Shown here piece by piece: positions 26,714 to 41,462 of a stretch of DNA of 64,000 bases (positions within the stretch are counted from its first letter, which is position 1; the number at the start of each line of letters is the position of its first letter). The DNA is taken from contig JBHGNT010000007.1 in assembly GCA_043228905.1 (NCBI GenBank), positions 6,944,001 to 7,008,000 on the forward strand. Direction: 5' to 3'. A program made the translations under genes and the position numbers. This stretch comes from Azolla caroliniana (lineage: Eukaryota; Plantae; Polypodiophyta). A model generated the notes under the pieces. The model was not told the origin of the DNA and searched no databases. It worked only from the letters and a program-made list of their open reading frames with translations.

Positions 26714-28769
26714 ATGGGCCACGCAGCTGTATGGAACTCCCACCCAAAGAAGTATGGCGCTGGTTCTCGTGCCTGGTATGTATCTCTCTTTACCTCTTTA
26801 CATCTCTCTGACTTGCATGAACACAGAGCCTTGCTATTCTTTTTCTGCGTAAATTTTTGCCGTAGCAGCACTCGAAACACAACGCTGTCTTTGTTTTTTT
26901 GCTTATGATTCCGCTTGTCTCAATTTGGTTTCGATTCGTGTTAAGTCTCCCTCCTTTGGAACATATACACACGGAACGTATTATTCTTTCCCGTGGATTT
27001 ATCCATAGGTAGCTTATGTTTTAACCTGTTTTTGTTTGCCTATTTGATATGCTTCGTTAGTTTTCTGTGCAAAATTTCCGCTTTGTGACCAAATGGGATC
27101 CGATAATACCGTATTGGCTCTTTATCCCATACGATAGTAGCTTCCTTTCTACACGTTTGTTTCGTACACATTGCTCATAAGACTCATTGTTTGTGAAAAT
27201 TTGGCAGTTTTTGTTAGAAATTTCTTACAATATATGTCGACTGTAACTCCTCAATGTGTATACAGTAGGAAAATATGCATTTGAATTTTGGTGTACATGC
27301 ATATTGATGTTTATCTAGTGTATTTTCCCTCTTTCAATCAAGGTGTTTATTTTAGAATCAAAATGTGTTCCTGAGTCATACGAGATGATTCCTCTGAAAC
27401 GTATTCTGTCTCTTCATTTTATTTTTCTGCTGTCATTTTTCTTTGTTTATTTCTGCCTTTTTTTTATTTGTCTATAAAGATCGCTGATAACACATAATGC
27501 AAGCTGTGTGAAAAATTTCACTGCTCTTTCTTACTGTTGCTGTTCATCCGCAGCATTTTTTGTCTTTCCTCTGCTTTAACACTACTTTCCACTCTAACGT
27601 CTTCATTCTCCTGCTAGCCAAGTGGTATTATTGTCTATGCAATTGATGTGTAAAGAATTGTTGATTTTTTAAACTTTCCTTTTATCCTTTGATGGTTGGA
27701 TATTTGAACCTTTTTACTGCTGATTTGTTATACATCCTAGGATTTGTTTAGTTATCTGAAGGTCTAATTCTACTTATGTCAACCCTTACTTCCAATGTTT
27801 TTGGTTCGTTTTGGGTGATTAAATAATTCTATCCTTATGCTACTGGGCCATTACCTTCCATTATAAAGTATCAGTTGGTTCTATTTTTTTATTGTTTTGC
27901 TTTCTATTTTTGGTTTCCCATCGCTCAATATTTGCATTCTTCTGTTACTGATGGACATTGTGTCATTTCTAAAGTAACATGTCTCTGTACGTTTTTTCTT
28001 GTGTTTGTATTTATTACTGTCAAAATTTCATTTCTTACAGCTAATTATTCCTCTATATTGATCCTATTCTGCAGCCGAGTCTGTGGAAATGTGCATGGTC
28101 TTGTACGTAAGTACAACATCATGTGCTGCCGCCAGTGTTTTCGGATTTATTCTAAGGACATTGGATTTGTCAAGGTAAATTCTAGAGAAAACTCCAAAAT
28201 ACCCTGATATTTTGTTCTATTTAGAGAAATTATAAGTACTATCTGAGCAGTTATAGAAGTGCTATCCCCAATGATATATGCTAATTGAGTGATTATTTAT
28301 ATGGTGATTTCATCTCTTTTTCTCTTTTGGGGTTGAAATTTTAGAGGCACTTACGGAAGTAAAAAAAAACTTCAGTGTATTTCAGAGCTTTTCCATGTAA
28401 TCTATTATCACCCTCTGTAATCTATATTTCTTGAAACCTATTGTTTCCAATGTTCGGGGAAAGGAAGATATCAGTAATTCTCTAATATATTACATTTATG
28501 TGTTATTATATGGGTTGTATGAACAATAACAATTGTCAATTCATCTCTTTCTCTCAAATATGCCATCCTCTGTTTTGCTTTGGAATTGGATAAGGCAGTT
28601 TATGAAGGGGCACTTGGGGAGACAGAGAAAAACTGAGAGTCGTTACAGAGTTTATAAAATAAATTATATTATTTTCTTGTTATACCAAAGTCTTTACTAT
28701 TATTGCTTTCTTGTTGTCAACAGCTTAATAATTTTCTATCCTTCTGTTTTGTTTTTGCAGTATCGCTAA
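26714..28769 (+). CDS. RPS29: 40S ribosomal protein S29 (uS14), 56 aa
   Basis: Exons 26714-26775, 28075-28174, 28761-28769: [21 protein letters not shown]|[33 protein letters not shown]|YR*, with the CxxC..CxxC zinc motif. Confidence 0.97.
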
Positions 28770-29789
28770 AAGGTAAAGATGTGAGGAGAATTTGACTACG
28801 CCAGTATGCAGTTTTGTTTCGTTTTCTATTTAGTGTATGTGTTTGCAAGATCAAACCAGTATAAGATCGGATCATCATAATATCATTTATTGCTGAGTCT
28901 TGCATTTTACTGATTCTTCTTAAGTTACCATCTTTTTTATCTGAATTCAATACGTTAAGAGATTCATGTCTTATGATTGTCTATGTTCTATTCCGTGTTC
29001 CTATTTCCATTTGTTCTCTATGTGAAGATCTAATAATGGTCTGCATTGTTACATGAACATTAATGTTGTATATTTGTTAACAGTTAATTGATATATTTGC
29101 CTAGATAAGCAGTTTTAGAATTGTGCTAACATTAATATTATAGATTTGTTAAAGGCTGATTGATATATTTGTTCAAACTGCAGTATAGTTAATGTGTACA
29201 CTACACGAAATATCAAATATTTAGGACTATCGTTCTCATCATTATTTCCTGTGTTTGTTTTTTTGTTATAACGCATGATTAGTGTTTTCTAGTGTGTACT
29301 ATATTCTCTGCTTGGGGCATAAATATTAGGTTTGAGGTTTTTTCTGTTGTTTTCATTTTTATTTATACTATACTAGCTATATATTAAGTTTGAAGGCCCA
29401 CGTGAATTTCTTATTTATTCAGTTACCAGTATTTGTGTTTCAATTATCAAGGTTTAATGTGTTTTTTTGTTGGTCTTATTGTCATTTATACTATATTAGT
29501 TATATAATATTTTGGAAGGCCCACATAAATTTTTATTTATTTAGTTACCAGTATTTGTGTTTCAATTATCAAGGTCATGATATACTTCAACAGACTTGTA
29601 GTGTCAATCTCAATCTCCTGATTTTTTTAGTTTGTAATGGCCCTACTTTACTAGTATGCTATTTAGTCTAATGATTGTATTTCTTAGTTTCAAATGCCTA
29701 CTTTTGGACATTTGCTTTGTGGCATGTTGCACTTCTACACCATGTATGACCTTACTATATGTGAAGCTATAAAGTACTCTCTCTCTCTT

Positions 29790-30700
29790 GGAGCTCTCAA
29801 GTGGTGCTATGAGGTATGTGATCTTTGATGGTAGAACTCCAGAGACTTAGGAGGATGACTTGGCAAGATGCTAAAATGTTAAAAATGCAATATTACATTG
29901 CAGATGATAACCCTCAATCAAGGCCCCAATACAAGGTAACAATGGTAGAATGTATGTAGTTGCATCCATTACACTCTTGGAGAGCCTTAGCATCTCTTCA
30001 AACTTGCTCACACAAGCTATGTGTTGGGGTAGCCTCTTGCCATAATCTCATCGAAATACGATGATATGAAATATGAAGATATGAAAGGTATGCAATGAAA
30101 ACCTAGTGAAGGATGATTATTAGTTATTGCATGCCCAATGTATAAAGTAATTTGTTAGAAATATGATGACTCGCGCTTGATCTTCCCATTGTCTTTTGGA
30201 TTGTATGCCATGTTTAGTGTCAACCGTTCCAAGTTCTCCCCGATTGCAATCACTTGTCCTATGCACCCATACCTCCATAACACTTCTTCCAAGAGAAATT
30301 GGCATACGACAAAACATATTTTCCTCTGTAGTGTCGGACCTTCTACTTGGTATGTCAAATCCTCCTGAGCTAGCACCAAGTACTTCTTTTTTTCGATCTT
30401 GGTGGGCATTGCCTCGATGTTGACTATCCATTTGAAGTTGATTACCGGTGAGAATGTTAGATGCAGCTCGTCCTAGTGTTGAACTTCGGAGTAGATTTGA
30501 CATTTCCTGCAGCTTTCCTTGAACTTTGCTATGTCCTTGTATATACTCTTCCACCAATACTTTCGCTTGATCTTTGCAAATGTCACCCACATACCCTGAT
30601 GTCCAGCCTAACCGGTTTCCTGAAATTCTGACATTATCTGTTTTCATTGCTCTGTTGTATTGACTATCCGTAGTGGTATACCATGTTGTCTTCTTTTCTT
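29790..30700 (-). mobile_element. Decayed LINE C-terminal fragments
   Basis: Stop- and frameshift-ridden sequence resembling the RTE C-terminal region seen at 8200-8900 and 11000-11700, in reverse orientation. Confidence 0.5.
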
Positions 30701-30779
30701 TTCGTTTCTTACTTCCAAAAAAAGATACTACATTAGTATTAGAAAACGCCATTAGGCTAAACATACAAGATATACCACT

Positions 30780-31595
30780 GATCCCCTATGTTTTTCTAAA
30801 TTCTAACCATCGGCTTAAATAAACACTTTGGTGTTGAGTAGAACCACTCCACCTTATCAAAACGCCGTTTATAAAATATAACTATGTCCCAAATGGCATG
30901 AAACTCCACTTGCCTAAGCTCCGCTTAATGCGTATTACCTTTTATACTATCCAAAATCCCTCTGAGATTATGCACAATCTCTACAAATTCCCAAAATTAT
31001 TTGGGCATGTCTTTCAGTCACATTTTGAAATACCTTCAAACATCGAGCCTTCCAAATATACCAAATTGTAATACTACTTACCAATTGCCATATTTGAGGT
31101 TTATCAATTTGTATTTGTGGATTCAGAGGGGTCAATTTTTTTTCCATCAAACCGTGTCTCATCATAATAGCATCTGCAACCTCCTCCAGTTCATATACCA
31201 TCGGTTTATCATGTACCACCTCCCATAATATTGCACCCCATGTGTACACTGCTCTAGGATATATTGGAGTTAATAATTTTATGATTTGTTTCCATACGTC
31301 CAGAGCAAAACCACAACGCCACAAACAATGTTTAACAGTCTATATTACATCTGTATAGAAAGGGCACATCTTGTCTACATTTCCTTTTCGCCACCCATTA
31401 ACTGGTATAGCATTATGAACCAACAACCATAAAAAACAAACAATTTTCCTACTCATCTTTATACCCCCCATAACCATTTCCAAAATTGTTTAAGATGTTG
31501 TGGAGAAATTTCATTTCGTCTCCAAACAACATTTGCAATTGGTTCTTTCCATGATCTAGCACCTAATATTTTCCTACCAATCTTCATAGAATACT
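30780..31595 (-). mobile_element. L1-clade LINE 3' end (zf-RVT)
   Basis: FLWLLVHNAIPV..CPF...HCLWRCGFALDVW..IWYIWKARCLKVFQN. Confidence 0.8.
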
Positions 31596-31599
31596 GAAC

Positions 31600-33300
31600 G
31601 AATGGCAAGCATTTCAGGTTATCTTGCACCCACACCTTCCAATACAGTTCTCCAAGATCTATCTTGTCTTTTCGGCTCCCTCCAAAAATTTAATCCATTG
31701 TTGAGGAAGAACTTCTGGACTTGTCACTTCTTCCTCCGAATCTCGCCTCTCTTTTCCTTGTTGTCCGATGATTCCTTGATATCTTGTAGTGCTTTCCCGA
31801 TCAACGAGCTTTTTCCTTCGTATTCGTGTTCTTGGAATTCTTGGATTATGTTCACCTGCGATGTGTGTTCCAAAGTAAAGTAGTCTTCGGAAACTTCTTC
31901 ATTTGTTGGATCGAGGGTGGGATGACCGAGTCAGAATCGGCCTTCTCAGGAGGACGTGAAACTGAATTGACCTTCATAGTTGGGTGTGAGCATCTCGGCT
32001 CGCTAAATGTGATCGAGCGATTGCACCAATCCACTATTGGATTGTGTGCCTCCAAACACGATAGTCCTAAGATGATCGGATGTCGAGGAGATGCGATGAG
32101 GTAAATGGGGAGGTCCTCTTGGTGGGAGCCCACATGAAGCCCTAATGGGATTGTAATATGGGTAATTGCTCTTTACGAGATGACTCGCCCATCAATGGCT
32201 TCAACGGGAATGAGTTTTGAGAGGTAGACAACGGGTACCCTATGTGCTCGAGTGAATGCAACATCGATGAAGCAAGAAGACGCTCCAGAATCAAGTAAAG
32301 CGACCTACTGAATGGAACTGGAATTAAAAGAAGGGCATACCTCCAATGTGAAAGTGTCCGATGTTTCGGCAATGGAACCATGAGAATGTGGGTGACGAGA
32401 GACGTCCAATTGCATGGCTCCTACCACAACCGGACGATGTCGTTTTCTGGATGTTAGGGTCCATTGGCTCGATGGAATTGTGGGCGATTACTCTTAGGAC
32501 AATGGCGAAGGAGATGACCTTAGGCACCATAATACAGGCAGAAGCCATTAGCCTACCGATATTGTCGTTCGGCATTAGTCACTGGACGAAATCGGGCTTG
32601 ATCAATTTCCATTGGTACTTGAGCATCTGCCAAAGTAGGGGAGTGTGACGCAGTCGGCGGGAGTGATACATGGGGTTATACGACCGGGGCATGTCATGGA
32701 AGTGAATGAGGCGGACCCCAAGTTTGACGCTCTTCTTGGTGAAATTCAAAAAGACGATTATCACAATGGACTTCTTGTGAAATCTCTTGCGATAACAAGG
32801 TGGGCTCGGAAAGTTCAAGAGAAGATTCTTGACATTGCTCCGAGGGTCCCGCCTTCCTCGATGAGTTAGAGGTCACATTTGGAGAGACGGATCGACGACG
32901 TACATCCCGCACCAAGCTTTATGCACTCGAACAAGGTTCGCGTGCAACTTCTGTCTATGCTTCCGAATTCCGACAACTAGCATGTGACGTCAACGGGGAT
33001 GGTCAAGCTTTAGTTGATTGGTGTTGTTCACCTTGATTGCAATCTAGATGACACACATATTTATACAAGACTAGTTCTGAGATTGAATATCTCTAGAATA
33101 TACCTAAGAAATATCTCTAGAATATACCCGAGAAATATCTCTAGAATATATTTGTCTAGAATATACCATAGAATATATCTCGAATATACTAATTTAAGAC
33201 TAGAATATTCTGAATGTACTATATGCTAGACTATACAATATTAAACCATACATAATTTATATGTAACTTCAGGGTTTTCAAATGGTTTATCTAATACTAA
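31600..33300 (-). mobile_element. Ty3/Gypsy (chromovirus-like) 5' part: LTR, gag, aspartic protease; truncated
   Basis: Degenerate Gag zinc knuckle (CLYYG.*GHLLRHCP), protease ALLDSGASSCFID..IILGLSCLEAHNPIVDW. LTR-like block at ~33010-33300 with AATATCTCTAG tandem repeats. Confidence 0.8.
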
Positions 33301-33339
33301 GTATTGGGTGTGTTATAGGTCAGAGCTTTGAGTCTAGAT

Positions 33340-34110
33340 GTGACAATGTGAACCATCGGTTTGACTACGATGCATTTGAGGCTCGAGAATTTCCATCGTT
33401 ACCTACTTTTTAAGCAAATTGATGATCTTTGGAACATGTGTGCGGGGAACCGGAATCGACTTCAGATTCCATGGCACGTGATCGATTGTGAAGATCACCA
33501 TCGGCTCGACTTTCTTCGATCCACGCACCTGATTTCCCTTGGTGGGAATGCAAATGCCTTACCATGCTACTCCAACATCTCCCGGAATCGTTCCTCTTCA
33601 TTCGGTAAGAGGAACCCACCCACCAGTCCAGAGTTTCTTCTGGGTCTCATCCGTGAAGGTATGTCCGTTATCTACAGACTTTCGAATTGTTGGTTCATTT
33701 GAAACTTTTTTCACCTTTTGTTCGCTATTTGCGGGTAGTGGTCCCATGGCCAGTTTCACCGTTTTCTCCACGGTCTTATACTTCATGCAGACTAGCACAT
33801 CTTCTTTTCGGAGCACATCTGGCCCCATTCCTGCAATGATCTTGTATACTTCGATCGATTCCACCGTAACTATTCAGATTCCTTGCTCATTTGTACCCTC
33901 CATCTCTTCGAGCTTTTGTAGCGCGCTCCCAAAGAACACTTCCTCAACTATCCCCGTGATTTCTTCATTTTCTTTTATGATCGATGCATATCGTAGCTCA
34001 TCCTGCATTTTCTAGAGTTCTTTCTTCATTACTCCGGTCACGACCATATACGTAGATGCCCCATTTCGACTGATTCACTCTTGTATTGCTCTGAGAGTTT
34101 TCCTTTTACG
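33340..34110 (-). mobile_element. Fragment of a second, different Gypsy-like pol (pre-RT region)
   Basis: KYKTVEKTVKLAMGPLP..; EIRCVDRRKSSR..VIFTIDHVPWNLKSIPVP..IINLLK; frameshifted. Confidence 0.55.
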
Positions 34111-36169
34111 TGGGGTATCAAGGTTCCTTGGATTATCACTATTCTTACACCTCACAAGGCATATACGTTATTCTAACACCTCACAGGGAAAATCATATAC
34201 TTTGTTCCATCCCTTAGTTACTGAACTTTTTGTTGCTACCTAGTTTGAGGCACACAATGAAGTTACTTTATTAGAGTTTATTGGAGTATATTTGTGTCAT
34301 TTTCCCACCGATTCATTATTGAGATGTGTCTTTTCGCCTCTCAGTTCAACCTTGTCTTCTTGATCGACAAATACAATTGGACTATGATTGCTCCACATAC
34401 AAAATGGTCATCTCTTTTAAGTATTTATTGCTTGATGTTCATAACCTTAGCTATTTGGCACATAGGCGTGTGACAAATATATATATATAATATGTATGTA
34501 TGTATGAATAATCATGTCTTGCCCTCACCTTTAGAAGAGAAACAATCGACATACATTGAATGTACATGTATACAATGACATATACATGTCGAAACATGAT
34601 GTGAGGACGTGGTAACGAATGCTCGTTTTTCTTATTTCTTATGTGTAATGTTGTACTTTTAAAATGGCTTATTTACATTAACTTAATGAAGGATAAATCC
34701 CCAAGAACATCTATTTATTTAAAAATTGATTTCAAAATGACAATATTTCTTTCTTGTGAGAAGAAATAATTCAAAAGCTAGGTTTGTTCAATTCATAGAA
34801 TATCATAATCATGCAATCTTTGACATGGATCATACATTTTGCGTTTGGGCATCAATGACACTTTTTTTCGACGTGGGTCACACATTATGCATTTGGCCCC
34901 TAGAAACACAAGGTTTTACATAACCAAGAAAGACAAACTGACAACTATGCATATACTTTTGTTTGGTCAACCGATGTTCTTTTGGAAACAAATGTTTTAT
35001 GTCTATCTTAGTACAACTTAGGATTATGTAATTTTGAACGAATTCTTTGCGAAAATGTGATAAAATAGTTGTGTATGGAGTAACATTGATTATACCCCTA
35101 CTATATTTTATGGCATGAAAATTACAAGTCTAATAAAACCGAGATAAAGACTAATAAGGGATACTTTTCTTAATTGTAGGTGTTCATAAGAAAAGGAAAA
35201 CGCAAATGTGAAATGTGCAAGTAAAGTTGGAACACAAGGGAAAAAGCTTGATCTAACCAGAGCATCACATGCTAATAATGTCGTCAAGTTCCATCAAACC
35301 AATCTATTTAAGCTTCTAACATTCCTTTGATAAGGTTGTATAGTAATGAGGTTCCTCTAATAAGATACGAGTAGGATATATGTGTATTATACTCTATTAG
35401 TTTGCATGATGGTAAAGTAGTTCGGCTTAAAATTCTAGAAAAATCTCACCTTAGCAATGTGCATCATCATGGTTGACCAATATCAAAGTCTTAAGCATCA
35501 ACGTTAAAATATCCCTTGAACATTTTGGCAATTTGTTTGGGGGTGGTTTTGACAAAATCAATATTGCCCCATAAAAAGGGGCACATTATAGTATTTTTTT
35601 GATCCTAATGAAGAAAATATGTTTATGCATCTTTGTAGTTTTTTTTGTTCGATGAGAAAATGGAACTTTGTTTTATAATTGCAAGTTGTTAATTGAGATT
35701 TTTTTGGAATATTACTCCTACATGCAAGTATCCTCTTTTCTTTGGCACTATGTCCTACAAGTCACTTTCGTTAAGTAATATGGTTTATATAAAGAAAATT
35801 ATTATACTTTTGAGTGCAATGATACAATAATGTTATGCATGAATAACATTATTTCATATTTTGTGAATGTATCAATACATAGATGAGTAATATTATATGA
35901 GCTAAAAGATCACACTAAAAATGTCCCAGCATTGTTATTACACAAGTCTTGCTTCATTTAAATAGCCTTATCTTTAGAAAGATAAATAATCATTGTGAAT
36001 TGTGTCTACTAGTTTTCATTTTTCTAGTAATTAATTGACAACTCCTACGGTAGCAACATGACAACTTGAACCAACCATTATTGACCATGTTGGTTTCTTC
36101 TCTTTAGTTTATCTGCAGTACTAAACAATAGAGGGATAAGGATTTTGAGAGTATCGATAGATCAAAAAG

Positions 36170-36680
36170 AATGAAGGACACAAGATATTGGGAGACAAGA
36201 GAAGATATTGAGCTCAAAGAGAATGAATTGTACTTATGATTCTATAACTAGTGTTGTTCACCTTGATTGGGATAAAGATGTCGTATTTATACACATTCCT
36301 AAGTATTGAAACATCTTGTCATGTAAACACATGATGTGTGGAGATGCATTGGTTATGACCCTTGGTTATGACATGGGAGGTTGGAGGTTTGATTCCTAAT
36401 GTGACGTTATCCTCCCTTTAAGGCCAACCTCCAAAACTTTGTTTTGACTTCGGCCTGTGTGGATATTGTTGATGGAAATTGTGGATTACATCAACAACAT
36501 TCTTTAAATTCTTGGTTGGATCCCATGTTGCGTCCGAGATGGGGTACCCTTTCCACAAAACAAGGTATCGAAGTTGTTAATGGAGGCAAGAGTTGAGTAT
36601 CCTCTTGACCTTATATTCCTCCCCTATTGACTACGAGATTGGTGGTGGAGGAGAAGAATAGAATGCTAGAATGGTTTGTA
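36170..36680 (-). mobile_element. Chromovirus 3' end: chromodomain, polypurine tract, LTR
   Basis: RYLVLWKGYPISDATWDPTKNLKN (~36500-36570), PPT-like TAAAGGGAGGATAA (~36407-36420), and an LTR sharing GTGTTGTTCACCTTGATTG with 33021. Confidence 0.75.
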
Positions 36681-37249
36681 GAACTATCCAAAGAATTCCA
36701 GAATCACAAAGCTATAAATATGTGAGTATCTTATCATAGTTGTATGATGTGTCGAGATGTTTTGGCTATGACCCTTGGGTATGAAATGTGAGGTTATAAA
36801 GACATCATAGACATCATAAAGACTCTCTCGATCCCCGTCTTTCATAAATAATATATAATTATAACTAGGAGACATCACAAATGGTTACCAAACAAACCTA
36901 ATCCTAGCTTATTTATAAGTCGCCACTCATAAGAATGTTTTGCCCCTATTCTCAATATGTTTGGAGTAAAATAACATCATGATTAACATCAACCCTATCA
37001 TCTATAATATTTGGCTCACTAACATCATCATGTTTTTTGTCTCTTGAGACAAATCATCTCCATGTGGCATCATCAATGGTAGGACCCGATTCACAATCTT
37101 TTAGACTACGATTTATTGGGGGTTTGATCTTTTTTTTTTCCATAAAAGACTCTTTCCATTAGTTATAAAAATTTATATATGAGAATGTTATATACAAATC
37201 CATGTATGGACGTGATAGTTCCATCTTATATGGATGCCCACTGACTCGA

Positions 37250-38320
37250 GAAAGGGAGAGGCCATTGTATTGGCTCTTTAGAGTGGCTACAACTTCATTC
37301 TATATCTCCTGCATTAACATTACTTGATGCACGGTTTGGTTGGAGAAGACCCGTCTACACCATTGTTTCCATAGAATCCAAATTCGGTTGTCCAACACAA
37401 CTTGAGCTTTGGCATTATTAGGAGTTCAATCGATATTGTTGATGGTAGGAAAAAATATCTCTGGTGCTTTTATCACCAAAGTCATCCCCTCCTCTTGATG
37501 TTTGTACTTGTCAGTTGGGGCCTGCCGTGATAGTCAACATACATTCCCCCACTTGATTGTGCCTTGCACCTGGCATAATTGCAAGAGGCAACTAACCCCC
37601 AGCCATATTCGATGGGTCTCTAGGCAGTCCCACAAAGTATGTTGGATTGACTCTATTGCATTTGGGCACGCCACACAATTAGGAGGGCTAAGGTTCCCAC
37701 GTTGCCACGCTCCAACCGGTAGTGACCTATGTATTAATAGCCATTCGAATGTGGTAATTCGCCTAAAATGTTGTTGTTTCCAGATTTTCTGTCAAAACTT
37801 AGTGATAATTGTATGGGAACATAATATGTGTGCCATATCTTCGGAGCAGCTGGCTTTCGGGCGGTTTGAGCAGCTAGAATGTGGCGACCCAATCTAGTCG
37901 TGAATTGGAAGAAGGGGATGACTTTGCTTCCTTGACCCGCATAAGGATCGCACCACATCCATTGCAAATGGTCCCAATTGACCTTACGTAGCCATGTGTT
38001 TGCATGAGTACATATGTGTGATTCTGGTTTGTACTTTGATTCAAGATCTACAATTATCCATTTATGACCAATATATGCAAGTACTCGAATTGTCATATTT
38101 AATGTCGGTATCTCATTATCTAGCAATTCATGGCCTACAATCATGCCCGATGTTTCCCTACCTCTTGGGATCAAAGAGCCCTCTTCCTCGTAGCTTATCC
38201 ACTTCTCCATTGTCATTCCCTAAGCAATAGAGCATTCATACTTTTAGATTTCATAGTCCATCCGCTCCTGATTCCATGGAGTGCATTGGCTTGATCTTGT
38301 ATTAGCAATGTCATAAACCA
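37250..38320 (-). mobile_element. L1-clade LINE 3' region (zf-RVT)
   Basis: PFFQFTTRLGRHIL.. followed by IHRSLPVGAW..CVACPNAIESIQHTLWDC..IW. Confidence 0.75.
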
Positions 38321-38329
38321 TCTCCAACA

Positions 38330-40520
38330 TTCTATATTGATCTTTTTACCTTGTCAATATACTAAAGTGTAACTCTAATATTAAGCTTTTGCGTCATACC
38401 ATCTATATCAAACGCACCACGGTCCTACCAAATTAAAATACATTGTTTAGACTTAACATCTCACTAATTAAACCTTTTATCTGTGGGTACATGCACAAAA
38501 CTTTTACAACCAAAAACACATATCAAATGATCATAAACCCCTACCATAGAAAACTCTCCTAGGAATACACCCTATAGTGCAATATATGGAGATAAGTTAA
38601 TAACACATGTAATGGTATTCAAAACAATATCACTCCAAATGATGTCATCCTCATAACAACATCAATAAAATTCATGACCATTATTAATGCAAATGCATTT
38701 CAGCATTTTCAGCTTCTCTCATTCAACAAAAACATGAAGTTCTTTAGACACATCAAGTAATTAATCCTTTGATTTCAAATCTCAAATCCAAAGTTTTCTA
38801 GAATGATCATGCACCACATATTAATGTATTTACCTTCAATGAAACAAAAAAAGTTTACATTACCAACTTAAGTATATATAATTCCTTTCTAGAAGGAGAG
38901 TGATGTTTGAAGGAGAATCTTCTTTGTTTCTCTGTGAAGCAATGATCACACATATCTAGCTTTGCTTCCTCATCAATCCTAAAGGAAAGCCCTTCTTGGC
39001 TACACAATCAAGTCCGTTCTCATTAATATAAGACAACCTTTTATGCAACAAATTGTGTTTAGAAAAATTATTAGAAATAGAAACTTGCAATAATAAGTAT
39101 AAACAACAAAGACTTCTTACCTCAAGACACAAACAAAGAGCTCTTAGTGAGCTTCCATTGATCTTCATTAAATACATTGCACTATACAACATCGTCATCT
39201 AACTTACCTATTGAGATAAAATGTAATTGAATTTATTTTTCATGCATTACCACCTTGAGCAAGATCAACCTTGTTTTTGCGTTGGTTTTAAAGCAAACAA
39301 TACTTTTGGTGCTTCTCGCCTTTGATAGTCCATAATTTTCTAATATTCAAGAATCGAAAGTCACTTGAAGTATTGGTTGTGGCAAATTCTCATCAAGATG
39401 TACTAGATAAAAAGATGCACCATTGTTAGCAACCTAACAAGTTTCATGGTAAGCAAGATTGATGATGTTCTCATCATAAATAACACACAAATTAAAGAAG
39501 AGTTTAAATTAACATAGTTAGCTCAATCTTTTCCACCCCCTTTATTAAATTCTTGCTTACTATTTAATACATGGTTCTCTTTCTTCATCCCTATGAAACA
39601 ATATTTCTTTGTGTGTCTTGTTTAATTTCCACCAAAATGACATTCTAAATATGTATAGATTGACTTCATTTGGTCCTCCTTCTTCCTTAGTTGTTTTGAA
39701 GATTTGACCTTTAGTTTTTATATTGTTTACTCCTCCCACTATTTTCAACAACCATGGCCTCAGAGTGTGATAATGTCCCTTGTGTGTTTCGTAATTTGAT
39801 GATTTAAGATACCACTCCTCACATATTCTATGGTTGCAAATCCATAAGGAGTTGCATTAATCATAGGTGGTCTAAAAGTTTCCCGTGCATAAGGAAAGAT
39901 GTGAAGCAGTTACCAAAGAAAAAGCATTTCATTGTCAGTTTCACGTCCATTACAAAGATGGTGATGCCAAGGTGTTGACATTCGGTTGTTGCACAAGCAG
40001 GTTGACGAACATCCTCGTATTCTTCCAATCCCCAACCCACCCCATCCCACCCTCTCACTACTAGGCAAGTAATAAGTTAGTGTTGTCTACTATGTATGTT
40101 ATAAGGTCCACTTTAGGCAAATTTAAGAAATACATTCCACAAACAATATTATCCTTCCTTATAGGCCCAATCATTATGCTCTTGATAAAAATCTTAAATG
40201 TAAATGGCAATACATTGTGGACAAATGTCTACCATCCATCATAAATATCGTTTCTACTTACATTCATAAGACACCTATTTCCTACAAATGTGCAATTAGC
40301 CTCAAGTGAATACTTGAGAAAAATTGCAAGGGAGTACATATTGCAAAGATGACTACAAACGTCCATGTACCAACTAGTTAGTCCAAAGATGTCTACAACT
40401 TAGAGGAATATATTTACTTCCCTCTAAGGAAGTTGCAACATTCATTATTTACGTCCCTAACGAACCCAACCTTGTTGGATATCCAATGAAATTTCAAGCG
40501 GGAACAAATGCTCTCCTTCC
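38330..40520. mobile_element. Mosaic of old TE remnants, including a Copia GAG-pre-integrase piece
   Basis: Minus strand NLLHKRLSYINENGLDCVAKKG (~38990-39055) resembles the Copia WHxRLGH motif. The rest is too decayed to classify. Confidence 0.4.
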
Positions 40521-40994
40521 CATTCAATCATGCATATATTTTCATTAGTTATGTTTGCTAGGAATTTGTATTCTTTCGGCATGTTTGGTTGGGGGGGTAA
40601 TATTGACACTACGCATAATATTCCAAGAACACTCTTGCAATGAAGCCACGAGCAAATGATTAACTACAATGTTTAGACCCTCAATGCACATATTCCAAAA
40701 ACACTCTTTTGCCATGAACATAATTAACAACGATGAAGTCCCTTTAAAATCAACTACTAGACTCGGGAGGTAAATCTCGCTATCTTTTAGTTTTTGTTTT
40801 CTACATCCGCTCGTTATGTAAGAGATGATAAAAAAAAAACAGACGACATATTTAATAACAATATCGATCACTATCTATCCATGGTCCGACAATGTTGCAA
40901 CTTGCATTTATACCTTTGAAGGTATGTATGAAGATTAACTAAGGAGAGGTAGCCCCAAATATATATGTCCACGTAAATTGGATGTGGCTGCCGA

Positions 40995-41239
40995 TACATA
41001 TGTATATGTATGTCCTCATACATATATATGTATGCGTACATACATGCACACATGGATACATACATACATACACACATACATATGTAATATGTATGTATAC
41101 ATACATACATAACATACATGCAAGCATATATACATATTCTTTCTTTCTTTTTAATTAGAGCATCACCACCACCTTCTTCTTCTTTCTTCTTCTTTCTTCT
41201 TCTTCTTTTCCTGCGGTTTAATCTAGGGTTTATCCGAGA

Positions 41240-41270
<31 letters not shown>
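40995..41270. repeat. (TACA)n/(TA)n, (CTT)n and (CT)n simple repeats upstream of the SDR gene
   Basis: Seen directly. Confidence 0.85.
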
Positions 41271-41462
41271 CATCCATTCTTTTAATTCCTCAATCTTCTC
41301 CACCTCCTTCCTTCCATTCCTTCCCCTCCTCCTGCTCTTCAATATCATCTGACCTGCGCATCGTTCCATAACATAATTTACCATTCTTCCATCCCACCTT
41401 TCTTCTGATCTTGATCTCTCTCTATCTCTCTCTGTCAATAAAGCTTTTAGGATATTGTAGGT

